Source of the DNA: a virus
Lineage: Duplodnaviria; Heunggongvirae; Uroviricota; Caudoviricetes
IMG/VR virus record: IMGVR_UViG_3300045988_154477
DNA length: 64,000 bases
Direction: 5' to 3' (one strand)
Numbering within the stretch: the stretch's first letter is position 1; each line of letters starts with the position of its first letter. The notes under the pieces are model-generated. The model searched no databases. It worked only from the letters and a program-made list of their open reading frames with translations, and had not been told where the DNA came from. The translations under genes and the position numbers were made by a program. Positions 54,261 through 64,000 of the stretch are shown here, piece after piece.

Positions 54261-54457
54261 ATGTGTAAAAAACGACTGAAAGAAAAGCGGTGGTCCAGAC
54301 GCCGACAAAAGCACGAACTCGCAAACAAACGCCAAAGTTGGCAATGGCACGCGCTTTTAACGAATAGAACACCCCGAGATATTGCTTTCGCTGGTGGGAA
54401 AACATTCCTGACCCACCTGAAGGCGCAATACATCAGGTTTTAAGCAGAGGAAAGACT

Positions 54458-55135
54458 ATGAATAACATGACAACGAAAGAGCTTTTGACGGTACTTCCAA
54501 AATACAAAAGCCATAAAACAGTTCGTGCCTCAAAAATCAAAGATATCGAAATTATCGCCCTAATGGATGTGGTCCTTTTTTGCAACATCGAAGTCGTTGA
54601 GCCAGAAGGGGTAAAAGTCCATGTTGATAAAATGTTTTTGCAAAAACACCGACCAGAAATTGGCGGATATCTGGTCGCTTATGAGGACGGATCTCTGTCC
54701 TATTCACCAGAAAAAACATTTGAAGAAGGCTTTAGTCGGACTAACGACTTCTTCGAAAATGGGGTATCGCTCAGTATTGAAGGTCACAATGGGGTGACAT
54801 TCATTACAGCCAGGGACGTAACTATTGCTGCCAGTGGCATCATTACCACACAAGAAGAAATCGACCTTGAAGCAGCCGACTTTTCTGACGCGCTGATGTG
54901 GCTGAAGGATGGCAAGAAAGTTGCTCGACGCGGGTGGAACGGCGAAAACCAATTCTGCTGGCTGGTTCCTGAAGGACAGTACCCGGCACGAATGGAAGCC
55001 ATTAAGGGATATTTCCCCGGCGACCTCGTTCCGTATGGTGCTTATTTCGCCTTAAAAAATGCACAAGGTGTAGTTGTTCCGTGGGTTCCTTCTGTAGGCG
55101 ACTTACTGGCATGTGACTGGTTTGTAGTGGAGTGA
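54458..55135 (+). CDS. hypothetical protein
   Basis: 225 aa; DUF2829-like C-terminal half; lies where P1 carries IS1 between isaA and isaB. Confidence 0.55.
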   Translation: MNNMTTKELLTVLPKYKSHKTVRASKIKDIEIIALMDVVLFCNIEVVEPEGVKVHVDKMFLQKHRPEIGGYLVAYEDGSLSYSPEKTFEEGFSRTNDFFENGVSLSIEGHNGVTFITARDVTIAASGIITTQEEIDLEAADFSDALMWLKDGKKVARRGWNGENQFCWLVPEGQYPARMEAIKGYFPGDLVPYGAYFALKNAQGVVVPWVPSVGDLLACDWFVVE

Positions 55136-55141
55136 TTTAAC

Positions 55142-55930
55142 GTGGAAAATACTAAAGCAATTCAATACCGCCTGCGTAATGGTCAGAGTGTCGAAGTGAC
55201 CATCAATAATGATGGTGTGCCTGGCGAAAAGGTTTCGATCTCTGATCTGGCTATCGAAAAAACCATCATGTGCCACCTTGGCTTTACTGAAGAAGTGAGC
55301 AAAAAGCATGGTGTAGCTATCTGGCGCACAATGGATACTGGCATGCGCAGATTCATTACTGCTCGTACCCCTGGTATGACCATGATGGACCTCATGCAGA
55401 TTGCGCCGCTGTTTGAGTGTGAACCTTTGGATGTATTCAGCAATCCAGCTATCTGCCAGCAGTTATATGGTGAGATGAAACTCGCGGTTACCCCCATTGT
55501 GCTGCATGAAGGATCGCTTGCTGGCGTGTGGAAAGTAGAGCGTATTTCAAGTTACATGCCCTTCCATTTCCATGTCAACGGCATAATCACTGGTGAAAAC
55601 CAACCTGTTTCCGTTACAAAGTCAGACCTCAAGCGCGCAATTCTTGAAGCAAGTTGTCGAGTTATCGGCCTGGGCAAACAGTCTTATGTTTCCTTCCCGG
55701 CTGGCCCTGAAGGCCCGGCAGAAATTCTGATTATGGATGCCGATCTGCTCTGGCAAATACAGTTTCTGATTGGCAAAAGCATCATCCGCGCTGAAGAACT
55801 CGATCAGTACATTACCTGCACGATGACGGATGAAGTCAAAAGTGTGGCTATAGCCAATGCCCGGAACCTATGTCGTGCTGCATTAACAGAACTGCAAGAA
55901 AACACCACGGAAGAAGTGGAAAGCGATTAA
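55142..55930 (+). CDS. hypothetical protein
   Basis: 262 aa; GTG start. Confidence 0.55.
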   Translation: MENTKAIQYRLRNGQSVEVTINNDGVPGEKVSISDLAIEKTIMCHLGFTEEVSKKHGVAIWRTMDTGMRRFITARTPGMTMMDLMQIAPLFECEPLDVFSNPAICQQLYGEMKLAVTPIVLHEGSLAGVWKVERISSYMPFHFHVNGIITGENQPVSVTKSDLKRAILEASCRVIGLGKQSYVSFPAGPEGPAEILIMDADLLWQIQFLIGKSIIRAEELDQYITCTMTDEVKSVAIANARNLCRAALTELQENTTEEVESD

Positions 55931-55960
55931 AAAAAATCCCGCCAATCGGCGGGATTTCTT
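55931..55960. terminator. bidirectional rho-independent terminator
   Basis: A-run, ATCCCGCC-aatc-GGCGGGAT, T-run; separates convergent genes. Confidence 0.7.
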
Positions 55961-56277
55961 CAATATACGATCTGGTCTACATGATCCCCAAAATCATCGT
56001 CGTCATCGTCGTCGTCCTCATCGCCACCCTCTACTGCTGGCCAATCAACAAACCAGCCAGCGTAAAGATGCAGCGTTCGGAGAACATCACTTGCGGGAGC
56101 ATCAAGGGTGTTAACGAATCCCATATAGCTATTGGGATTTGCCCCAGCTATGGCTTCAGCGATCATGTCCTCGGTAATGTCACCGGAGATAATGCTTAAA
56201 CGCCCGGAAACTTCTTCATTATCATCAAATTCGATAATGGCATCTCCGCCTAATGGCGCTGCGATTTTAATCTGCAT
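55960..56277 (-). CDS. acidic small protein at end of dar operon
   Basis: 105 aa; poly-Asp tract; P1 hxr position. Confidence 0.5.
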   Translation of the reverse strand: MQIKIAAPLGGDAIIEFDDNEEVSGRLSIISGDITEDMIAEAIAGANPNSYMGFVNTLDAPASDVLRTLHLYAGWFVDWPAVEGGDEDDDDDDDDFGDHVDQIVY

Positions 56278-59254
56278 TATTTAGCTCCTTTGCCACACCT
56301 AATAACAGTTCCAGCAATCCGTCACCATTCATCAGTGATGCGGCAGCGGCCTCTTTGTCATGATACAACTGAAGAGCCATAGAGAATACTTCCGTTGCTG
56401 ACGTTTTGGAAATAGTCGGTGATTTCTGCCGAATTTTCCCGGTGTTACTTACTGAGGCTGGCGGGTATACCTTCGCCATATAAATATTACTCAATCGAGA
56501 TCTGAAGCACCATTCAGGCTTGCCACGCCCACCGATATTGACGAAAGATGGCTTATCCCCTTCAACATTGGCCTTCAGGAATGATCGGGCTTTCTCTAAC
56601 AAACCAGGGTTACTGTACTCAAGATGATGACCCAGCTCGTGCCACAGTGCACTTGCATTTTCATCGTTCAAATTGACAGCAACAACACCATTTAGATTTG
56701 CATATGCCCTTCCCTGGTGGTGAACTACCTTTGATAAGGTCGATATTTTCCCGCCGGTCAGGCGATAAATATCAGCAAGTTCCTTGCGCAGGTCTATCCC
56801 ACCATTCTGTCCAGCGCGAGCTTCTTCCACTTCTTCCGTGATAAAAGAGTCGGCCCACTCAAGAGCTTTTTCTTCAGATACGGATGAGTTTGCGATCGCA
56901 CTGTTCATGGCAGATAACACTTTCTCGTGGACCGAACCCATACTTCGCTGATTCATTTGCCAGCGTGTCTGCGGGTTATATGAGAATCGCTTAAGTAGTT
57001 GGTCAAGCTGCTCAAGTTCTTCTTCACTGACATACTTTTTAGCCTCACCAATAATGCCAGGGAGAATATTGCCGTTAGGATTAAACGCTCGCGAAAGGAA
57101 GAGTTTCAGCGCCCCCATGCCCTCCGATGCTTCAATATCACCAATAACCCGGTTAACAATGGCCGCACTCTTCGGATTAGCATCCGCCAACGCTCTGGCT
57201 ACAATTTGCAGGGACGATACGACCTCACGCTGCATATCCGTCCTGATCTCATCAATAAACTCTGGTGTTATGCCGTGCTCTTTAAGGATATCCCGGCCTT
57301 CCGCCGTTACCCCATCGATATCACCGACATGTTTATTAACACGACTTTGCAATGCCTTAAATGCCTTCAGAATTCCACGGGCATCATCCGCTTTACTAAC
57401 GGCCTTCCTGAATGCTGGCAAGAAGTCTGAGTTAACCTCATTTTGTTGATCGGCCCACTGAATGGAGGCTTCTTTCATCTCGTCCAGAGTCAGATCACCC
57501 AACGCGGTATGGTCTGTGAATATGAGCGACAACCTCTGAACCATTTCTGCCAATGGTGATGCCGAATGCGCCGCGCTAAGGAATGCTTTCACCCTGGTTG
57601 GGCGAATGGAAAACCAGTCAATAGCTGGTGGCATATCTCCGTTTTTTATCGCCTGCGCTATCTCGTCAAAGCCATCGCGCCCAAGGGAGGATGCGTGATT
57701 TAACAAGCCGCGAAGTAACGAATTGCTGATACCGAATAATCGGCACCATTTTTTCACGTCGGCAACAGGCATTCGAACAAAATGCGCAAGCACTTGTACA
57801 AGCTGTTCATCCTGGGGATCTGTGCGGGAAAGCAGCCTGATCAGATGAATAATGTCTTTGATGCCGGATGTCCGATGTAATAGCAAACTGGTATACGGAG
57901 CAACACCGTTGTAACTACCGCCGGAAACGGACTCGAAAAGACCGCCGGATATCCCTTGCATGCCTTCGTTTTCCAGTTCCTGAGACACCTGGCGAAGGAT
58001 ATCCTGTAACGACACATCGCCGCCGCCAAACATATCCCCCAGCGCCTGGCCCTGGTGCTGTAACTCATCATTGATACGTTGAGCCATCAACTTAAAGGCG
58101 GTGGCCATACGCTTCGCGCTACGGTTATTCGCGACGATGAACAACGCGAGTGCTTTCACTTCCGGGGCCATTTCGCTGAACATATCCCCCTGAGCAATAA
58201 CATCGGTAATATGCTGGCCTGACTCCTTCGATTGCCTTACCAGGTCTACCGCATCTTTCAATGCCGCCAGCGCCTTTTTATCGAGGCTATCCGCTGTCTC
58301 AATGCCATCAACAATAGTTGTCACAGCCTGCTTGTGCGCTTCTCCTGATAAAGCCTGCATCTGGACAAAATCATTGGCTGCCGCATTAAGCGCCGTCAGA
58401 ACATTACGCATATCCGGATCAGGTTCTTCTGCAACCATCCTTACCAGGCGCGCATCCTTATATGCCTTGGCAAAGATCGCGTTTTGTATACGGTCAACAA
58501 GTTGCCGCGTTGGTCGCCCATCTTCCGTTACAAGGCCAGCCGCCTGTGTGGCACCAACTTGCGTCATAAATCCGCGAATAAACGCGTCATTACTGCGGCT
58601 AAGCAGATCTCCGCTTTCTGACGGGTTAAAAAGCGCCATCATCGCCGGTGTTATGCTGTCGGCATCAACAAAAGCCTTTTCACTGGCTGCCATTTCCTGA
58701 AGATCAGAAATATTTGAGTCCTTGGCAAACTGAACGCGGTCAACCTTGGTTAACCGGCGGCGCACCAGTACCGGAGCCGTCATTGATTCAACCTTTTCAG
58801 GTCGTATGCCGAATTCGGTCGCATGATCAATCAGGTACTCACGATACCGATCCGCATTGCCGTCCTGATAGGCTTTGATGATCCCCATGGTCCGTCCATT
58901 ACCTGACTCAACGGCATTGTCCTCACCAATTATCGGCGCACCATGGCTGGATAAACCGGAATCAGTAAGCTGAGCAGGCCGCAAATCTTTGGATATCTGG
59001 TTAACCTGAAGAAGGCTGGATGCGCGGGTCCGGTCGCGCGGCTGAAGTTCCTGGGGATAGTCAGGATTAATTTTCCCATCCAGAGTATTGGATACCAAAA
59101 GAGCTGAGGCATCGACGATATCAAACGCTGTTTTTACCTCGTCTCCCTTCGCTGTCACCACATACGAAACCCGCCCATAATCGGGCAGGTTCTTTAGCAG
59201 CTCGATCAGCGTTTCTATGCTGGTGGCCATTACCACCTGATCGCTTAAGCTCAT
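56267..59254 (-). CDS. ddrB: DdrB-like large antirestriction-operon protein with HExxH motif
   Basis: 995 aa; C-terminal WHELGHHLE zincin-like motif; position downstream of ddrA. Confidence 0.7.
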   Translation of the reverse strand: MSLSDQVVMATSIETLIELLKNLPDYGRVSYVVTAKGDEVKTAFDIVDASALLVSNTLDGKINPDYPQELQPRDRTRASSLLQVNQISKDLRPAQLTDSGLSSHGAPIIGEDNAVESGNGRTMGIIKAYQDGNADRYREYLIDHATEFGIRPEKVESMTAPVLVRRRLTKVDRVQFAKDSNISDLQEMAASEKAFVDADSITPAMMALFNPSESGDLLSRSNDAFIRGFMTQVGATQAAGLVTEDGRPTRQLVDRIQNAIFAKAYKDARLVRMVAEEPDPDMRNVLTALNAAANDFVQMQALSGEAHKQAVTTIVDGIETADSLDKKALAALKDAVDLVRQSKESGQHITDVIAQGDMFSEMAPEVKALALFIVANNRSAKRMATAFKLMAQRINDELQHQGQALGDMFGGGDVSLQDILRQVSQELENEGMQGISGGLFESVSGGSYNGVAPYTSLLLHRTSGIKDIIHLIRLLSRTDPQDEQLVQVLAHFVRMPVADVKKWCRLFGISNSLLRGLLNHASSLGRDGFDEIAQAIKNGDMPPAIDWFSIRPTRVKAFLSAAHSASPLAEMVQRLSLIFTDHTALGDLTLDEMKEASIQWADQQNEVNSDFLPAFRKAVSKADDARGILKAFKALQSRVNKHVGDIDGVTAEGRDILKEHGITPEFIDEIRTDMQREVVSSLQIVARALADANPKSAAIVNRVIGDIEASEGMGALKLFLSRAFNPNGNILPGIIGEAKKYVSEEELEQLDQLLKRFSYNPQTRWQMNQRSMGSVHEKVLSAMNSAIANSSVSEEKALEWADSFITEEVEEARAGQNGGIDLRKELADIYRLTGGKISTLSKVVHHQGRAYANLNGVVAVNLNDENASALWHELGHHLEYSNPGLLEKARSFLKANVEGDKPSFVNIGGRGKPEWCFRSRLSNIYMAKVYPPASVSNTGKIRQKSPTISKTSATEVFSMALQLYHDKEAAAASLMNGDGLLELLLGVAKELNNAD

Positions 59255-59266
59255 CCCTGTTACGCC

Positions 59267-59632
59267 TTATGCTGCCTCTTTAATGTTGGCGGCTATCCAT
59301 GCCGCCGTGTGCTGTTTAACCTGGTCCAGGTCGATGTATGTGCCAACATATTGACTCAAATCCTGCAAGGTACCGATAAATGCATCGGTGCTCTGATCGA
59401 CGAATTTATCAGCCAGGAAATCAGCAACCAGTTTTGGCACACCATCATGTACCGAAGGTTGTTTTTCCTCGCCACTACTGCCGCCGGACACACCGTACCC
59501 CATCTGTTGCATGATCTGGTCAATTTCATCGCTGATATCCAGCAACTCCATGCCACTCGCGGTAGCCGCTTTGGACATCAGAGCATCCAACTTATCGCTG
59601 AGATCCATTAACTCAATAGCTGATAGTGTCAT
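59267..59632 (-). CDS. ddrA: DdrA-like protein
   Basis: 121 aa; 4-nt overlap with darA stop. Confidence 0.55.
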   Translation of the reverse strand: MTLSAIELMDLSDKLDALMSKAATASGMELLDISDEIDQIMQQMGYGVSGGSSGEEKQPSVHDGVPKLVADFLADKFVDQSTDAFIGTLQDLSQYVGTYIDLDQVKQHTAAWIAANIKEAA

Positions 59633-61548
59633 GCCGCTACCCCCGCTTTCTGGATTGCTACCAGCAGATCAGCCAGGTGGCGAGCAGCGCCATTAACCAG
59701 CTCTTCGTTTTCCTCAAAACGCCCGGCAGCCTGAAGGGCTGCAATCGCTTCCCGGACATTACCCCGGGCGTTACGGATCTCCGCCATGTCAGTGCTTTGC
59801 ATATCCATCACGTTATTGAGATATTCAATGGCTTTATTAGCCTCTGCATCTGCTTCGCTAACCGTTTCATCAGGCTGTGCCGGGGCAGGTTCTGGCTGAG
59901 TAATCTCACCGACTTCGGCCTGCAATGCATTGATCATGCTCTGCACCATTTTCTCGGTGCCAGCGCCCCCCGGATACGCAATATTGGGGAAAGTTTTTTG
60001 AAACTGAGTTTTCAGCATTACGCGGAACTCGTCTGGTGAGCTGGTGGCCAGCTCCAGAGCTTTTTGTGCATATTTGCCAAACGGACCATTAGTAAGTGTC
60101 TTCGCCAAGAAGTCGAAAGAATCCTCGCGAGGCAATAACTTCAGGTCGTACTCACTCATTTGCTGATCAGAAAGCGGGGTATCGTAAGTAGCAATGCCGT
60201 AGCGTGCATATTCATAATACGGGTCACCTTCATCAGGGCGCGGCAGAATTGCTTTGTTACCTTCAGGTATTGCGCCAGGGGCCGCCGGACGCATTTGCAA
60301 GGCATATCGATATGCACCTACAGAGACTTCTGGTTCAGGCGAAGAGCTACCGGTATCCTCCGCTGGTTCAGGTTCGACGTTTTCCGGTTTATGTTCTTCT
60401 GGTTGGACCAGATATTCCGATACATTACCCGCTTTATAGGCTTTAAACAGCTTGCCGATCGCATCTGCCATGTCCACACCCTGTATGGATTTAGCCTTGA
60501 TCATGTACACGCTGCCATCCGAATCGGTTAACTGGATATACCCTTCGCCGTCCTCAATGAATTGCTTCATTGATGCTCCATTACTGAGCGTCACTTCCCC
60601 GTTCATATGCATACGATTTTTGATACTGGCAAGGCGATCCGTCAGCGCGCGCGAGTGCCCACCAGTCATCCCCGCTGGATCAATGGTATCGCGCCCACCT
60701 GTGCGATTGAGCTGATCAATCTCCGTCTGCAAACGTTCATTCTCTTCATAAAGAGAATCCGCTTCCGATGCAACAGCGTTAATTTTCTGCTCCAGATCTA
60801 CCTTCTGCCCTTCTACCGCTGCCACCTGATCCGCGAGGTCGCTCATGGCATCCTCTTTCTGGTCACTGTCAGCCTGTAGTTGGGTTATTTCATCAACCAG
60901 GGCTTTTTTCTTCTTCTGCGCACGCTGGAATTTTGCCGAGTTTTTCTCTGCAAGGTTGGCAAGTTTCATGGTGACCTGCGCCAGCGTCATATCACGTCCA
61001 CTCATCGGAGCAACGGTGTGAGTAACGTCTTTTTTATTCAGTAAGAACTGGAAAGCAACCAGCGTATCGCTATTGGTGATCCGGTTTTCCGCTGTCGGGC
61101 TATGAAACAGAATGCTGATAGTCTGACCATCACTGAGCGGAATAATGGCTGGCAGGACCGGCAGCCCGTTAACGTTACGTGCCCGGCCAATTTCAGCACC
61201 GCCGATCGCGCGCGCGCCGCTCTGGGCCACCTCCCCCGTTTTATCACTCCCCGCAGAGATTCCGGTACCATTCAGCTTCTGGTTCAATGCCCGGACAAAT
61301 GCCTGCATGGTCCGGTGTAACTGCAAACGAGTAGAACTAATCGCCTCCAGTAAATCCGTAGCACACCAGTGGATCGGCGTGTCATAGAAGAACGTAGCCT
61401 CGATTTCCTCCAGGGTGTTGGATTCCGTCATCAGATAGCGGTCCTCACCGGCCATTAATGCGCGATATTCATCATCAGTCACTGGCGGGGGAAGCACGTC
61501 AAGCCCAGGCTTGATCGTCACCCCTTTATTGATATTTAACTGTTCCAT
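59629..61548 (-). CDS. darA: DarA antirestriction protein precursor
   Basis: 639 aa; coiled-coil centre; position after hdf. Confidence 0.8.
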   Translation of the reverse strand: MEQLNINKGVTIKPGLDVLPPPVTDDEYRALMAGEDRYLMTESNTLEEIEATFFYDTPIHWCATDLLEAISSTRLQLHRTMQAFVRALNQKLNGTGISAGSDKTGEVAQSGARAIGGAEIGRARNVNGLPVLPAIIPLSDGQTISILFHSPTAENRITNSDTLVAFQFLLNKKDVTHTVAPMSGRDMTLAQVTMKLANLAEKNSAKFQRAQKKKKALVDEITQLQADSDQKEDAMSDLADQVAAVEGQKVDLEQKINAVASEADSLYEENERLQTEIDQLNRTGGRDTIDPAGMTGGHSRALTDRLASIKNRMHMNGEVTLSNGASMKQFIEDGEGYIQLTDSDGSVYMIKAKSIQGVDMADAIGKLFKAYKAGNVSEYLVQPEEHKPENVEPEPAEDTGSSSPEPEVSVGAYRYALQMRPAAPGAIPEGNKAILPRPDEGDPYYEYARYGIATYDTPLSDQQMSEYDLKLLPREDSFDFLAKTLTNGPFGKYAQKALELATSSPDEFRVMLKTQFQKTFPNIAYPGGAGTEKMVQSMINALQAEVGEITQPEPAPAQPDETVSEADAEANKAIEYLNNVMDMQSTDMAEIRNARGNVREAIAALQAAGRFEENEELVNGAARHLADLLVAIQKAGVAA

Positions 61549-61549
61549 G

Positions 61550-62161
61550 TTAATTTCCTGCTTTCAGTTGCTTAAGACGACGTTTGAGTTCGCCATTCCG
61601 TGCCTTTTCGTTATTGAGTCGGCCCGTCTCCTTATCCAGCTTCGCCCGCAAATCAGTGATCTGCTGTTGATTGAAAGACACCGAATTCTGCGCGGACTTA
61701 TAAGCGGCAACCACCTGAGCATTCCGCTGTTTTGCTTCTTGCAGGCGCTGAAAGTTGGATTTAACTGCCGGTTTCTTGTCTACCGGATTGGCAACACGCT
61801 TCGCTTTGGCGATCAGTGATTTCTGGAATTTTGCGGAGTTTTTGCGGGCCGCCTGTCCCATGACGGTACCAAGCGTCTTGATATCCGGCGACTGAGCGTT
61901 AGGAATAGCTTTTCCATTCAGTTTCACAGACGATATATCGCCAGTATCGTTTACCTGTATGGCAAGAATTTGTCCGTCGTTAAGAACCAGCTTTGCGGTT
62001 TTAACTTTAACGCCATCTTTCGTTGTTGCGCGGTTGCTGGAGTCAACCTCAATTACCGTAACACCGGTTTTATTGATCGCCGCGATAAGGGATTTCAGCC
62101 CCTTTTCATTAACCTGGTCAAAATCGACCGTTGCATACTTATTTTTCGTCATCTGACACAT
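61550..62161 (-). CDS. hdf: Hdf-like protein (head/defence function)
   Basis: 203 aa, basic; first large gene of dar operon. Confidence 0.65.
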   Translation of the reverse strand: MCQMTKNKYATVDFDQVNEKGLKSLIAAINKTGVTVIEVDSSNRATTKDGVKVKTAKLVLNDGQILAIQVNDTGDISSVKLNGKAIPNAQSPDIKTLGTVMGQAARKNSAKFQKSLIAKAKRVANPVDKKPAVKSNFQRLQEAKQRNAQVVAAYKSAQNSVSFNQQQITDLRAKLDKETGRLNNEKARNGELKRRLKQLKAGN

Positions 62162-62582
62162 CCTGTGCGAGATTTATTACGTAACTTCTGCGGATTTGCT
62201 GAGTAACAGGGAAAATCCGATACAACGGGTTAATGAACGAGTCGCCATGCGTAACCATGACGTTGAAATGCCACAGTCGCTCTCCTTTACCCATATATTC
62301 AGTGGGTATGTACAACCATTCACTGTTTTCGCCCTGTTCAGCCGACGTCAGACAACGTTGTTCACCTTCAATCACTGTCGTCGGCTTCTGAACATCGCGG
62401 ATCCAATATCTGACCGTTGCGCCGCGCAAAAACGGGAATTTAGACCGGTACTTGAACGGCACCCGGATGAAACCCGGTTTAATTTCCACATCACCAAGTT
62501 CTAAATGCGTGATGTCCTTGCGTTTTAGCAAATAGCGATCGGCTAAGGCTAACGCAAGAACGCATACACCCCAGCCAATCAT
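62139..62582 (-). CDS. hypothetical protein
   Basis: 147 aa; hydrophobic N-terminus; P1 lydE position. Confidence 0.45.
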   Translation of the reverse strand: MIGWGVCVLALALADRYLLKRKDITHLELGDVEIKPGFIRVPFKYRSKFPFLRGATVRYWIRDVQKPTTVIEGEQRCLTSAEQGENSEWLYIPTEYMGKGERLWHFNVMVTHGDSFINPLYRIFPVTQQIRRSYVINLAQDVSDDEK

Positions 62583-62908
62583 TTCCCGCCTCCCTTTTTC
62601 ACCAAACTTGTAAGAACATTCAGAATGCTATCGATATTCACTCGTTTCATCCCTGAAATCACCTCATGACCGTTATTGCTGGCTATCGTTACCATTAAGT
62701 ACGTAATTGATAACTCCCAGCCCTCGTGTTGCCCCAATAGGTACGCCACCGCGCCAGCTGTCACTGCAACAAAGATCTCCGTAACCAATCCCAACAAATT
62801 GCCAGACTGGCGACCGTCTCGGACATCCATCAGGAACGTGCCTATCCCACCAATTACTGAAAGCAGGAGCGCAATAGCAACTGGAGCTAATTCCTGTGTG
62901 TCAAGCAC
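62579..62908 (-). CDS. holin-like membrane protein
   Basis: 109 aa; three predicted TM segments; P1 lydD position. Confidence 0.5.
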   Translation of the reverse strand: MLDTQELAPVAIALLLSVIGGIGTFLMDVRDGRQSGNLLGLVTEIFVAVTAGAVAYLLGQHEGWELSITYLMVTIASNNGHEVISGMKRVNIDSILNVLTSLVKKGGGK

Positions 62909-62950
62909 AAGTTCCCTCCTACGTTGTCAGGAGGTAATGGTATGCAAAGT

Positions 62951-62973
62951 AACTTCTCAACCGGTCATTTGTT
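62951..62973 (-). promoter_or_regulatory. weaker late-promoter-like motif (AACAAATGA) upstream of the lyd/dar operon
   Basis: core present but -10-like hexamer AGAAGT is poor. Confidence 0.3.
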
Positions 62974-62975
62974 GC

Positions 62976-63257
62976 TTAAGAGGCATTTCTATTGAGGTAC
63001 GAATCGATAATCCTTTGTAACTTTTCAAGAATGAGCCTGTTATTGATGCTGCAAATAATAGTCACGCAATTCTGAAGACTTTCATCCATACCCTTATATT
63101 CCGCGAAATACATGCCTATAAAGCCTGCAAGTACGGCAGCAATACACTCGGCCATCAATTGCCTGCATGACGCTTCGTAACGTTTTTCACGAACCCCATT
63201 CAGAAACGAATGCACCCCGCCAAGGATGGAGAGGAGCATTATTGTGAAATCACACAT
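62976..63257 (-). CDS. small membrane protein
   Basis: 93 aa; two TM segments; P1 lydC position. Confidence 0.45.
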   Translation of the reverse strand: MCDFTIMLLSILGGVHSFLNGVREKRYEASCRQLMAECIAAVLAGFIGMYFAEYKGMDESLQNCVTIICSINNRLILEKLQRIIDSYLNRNAS

Positions 63258-63384
63258 AACTATTTCCTTAATAGTGAATTAAATATCATTGGGAAACGGT
63301 ATGTACTTTGTGATTTCCACACATACTGGTTTTTGTTAATTAAAATCCGCAGCTTGCTATAAATAACGATAGTGAGCAGAAAAT

Positions 63385-63945
63385 ATGCTAATAGGCTATG
63401 TACGCGTATCAACAAATGAACAAAACACTGCTTTACAACGAAACGCTCTTGAAAGCGCAGGATGTGAGCTAATTTTTGAGGACAAGGCGAGCGGCAAAAA
63501 GGCTGAACGCCCTGGGTTAAAAAAGGTTCTCCGTATGCTTTCCAGAGGTGACACCCTAGTCGTATGGAAGTTAGATCGTCTTGGGCGCAGCATGCGTCAC
63601 TTAGTTGTGCTGGTGGAAGAGCTGCGTGACAGAGGCATTAACTTCCGGAGTCTCACTGACTCCATCGACACCAGTACACCAATGGGGCGCTTTTTCTTTC
63701 ACGTAATGGGGGCGCTGGCAGAAATGGAACGTGAGCTTATCGTTGAACGTACACGCGCTGGACTTGATGCAGCTCGCGCAGAAGGTCGTATAGGTGGACG
63801 TCGGCCTAAATACCAAGAAGAAACATGGCAGCAAATGCGGCGATTGCTCGAGAAGGGCATCCCCCGTAAGCAGGTTGCAATCATCTATGATGTGGCTGTT
63901 TCCACGCTTTATAAGAAGTTTCCGGCGTCATCATTTCAATCCTAA
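63385..63945 (+). CDS. cin: Cin serine DNA invertase
   Basis: 186 aa MLIGYVRVSTNEQNTALQRNALE... Hin/Gin/Cin family with catalytic Ser in the VRVST motif and C-terminal HTH. Confidence 0.9.
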   Translation: MLIGYVRVSTNEQNTALQRNALESAGCELIFEDKASGKKAERPGLKKVLRMLSRGDTLVVWKLDRLGRSMRHLVVLVEELRDRGINFRSLTDSIDTSTPMGRFFFHVMGALAEMERELIVERTRAGLDAARAEGRIGGRRPKYQEETWQQMRRLLEKGIPRKQVAIIYDVAVSTLYKKFPASSFQS

Positions 63946-63962
63946 ACCTTGGTTTAAGAGAA
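63937..63962. other. cix inversion crossover site
   Basis: CAATCCTAAACC-TT-GGTTTAAGAGAA: 12-bp imperfect inverted half-sites around a 2-bp core, overlapping cin stop. Confidence 0.7.
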
Positions 63963-64000
63963 CTCGGTACCAGCGGTGAAAAGATCCCCCTGTTGAGCAC

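Overview
The window is about 64 kb of a P1-like temperate phage / plasmid-prophage genome (Punavirus-type), with coding on both strands and very little non-coding DNA. This identification rests on reading the ORF translations against remembered P1 proteins and sites; no search was run. Anchors read directly from the sequence: a perfect 34-bp loxP (37719..37752) next to cre; the c1 repressor with coi; about 15 copies of the 17-bp C1 operator (ATTGCTCTAATAAATTT-like); pacA/pacB with the hexamer/GATC-rich pac site inside pacA; phd-doc; a LexA box in front of humD; the dar antirestriction genes (giant darB; hdf-darA-ddrA-ddrB); prt/pro, SAR-endolysin lyz, ssb, ban helicase, the dual Dcm+Dam methyltransferase dmt, three tRNAs (Asn-GTT, Thr-TGT, Ile/Met-CAT) and the cin invertase with a cix site at the window end. 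Gene order matches P1 from upfC/uhr/hrdC through cin, but IS1 and the res-mod type III restriction genes are absent. The most interesting locus is the slot between mat and lxc, where P1 carries res-mod: here it holds a single 378-aa RelA/SpoT-like (toxSAS) gene with a C-terminal extension, resembling fused toxin-antitoxin defence proteins of the CapRel type. Other points worth follow-up are a tRNA-flanking array of diverged hairpin repeats with T-loop-like cores, a recurring late-promoter-like motif, a tandem pair of GSGPS-motif paralogs next to a lambda-type phosphatase, and an AT-rich 1-kb gap with a 45-aa hydrophobic micro-ORF. No rRNA, CRISPR array, IS element or integrase/att junction was seen.
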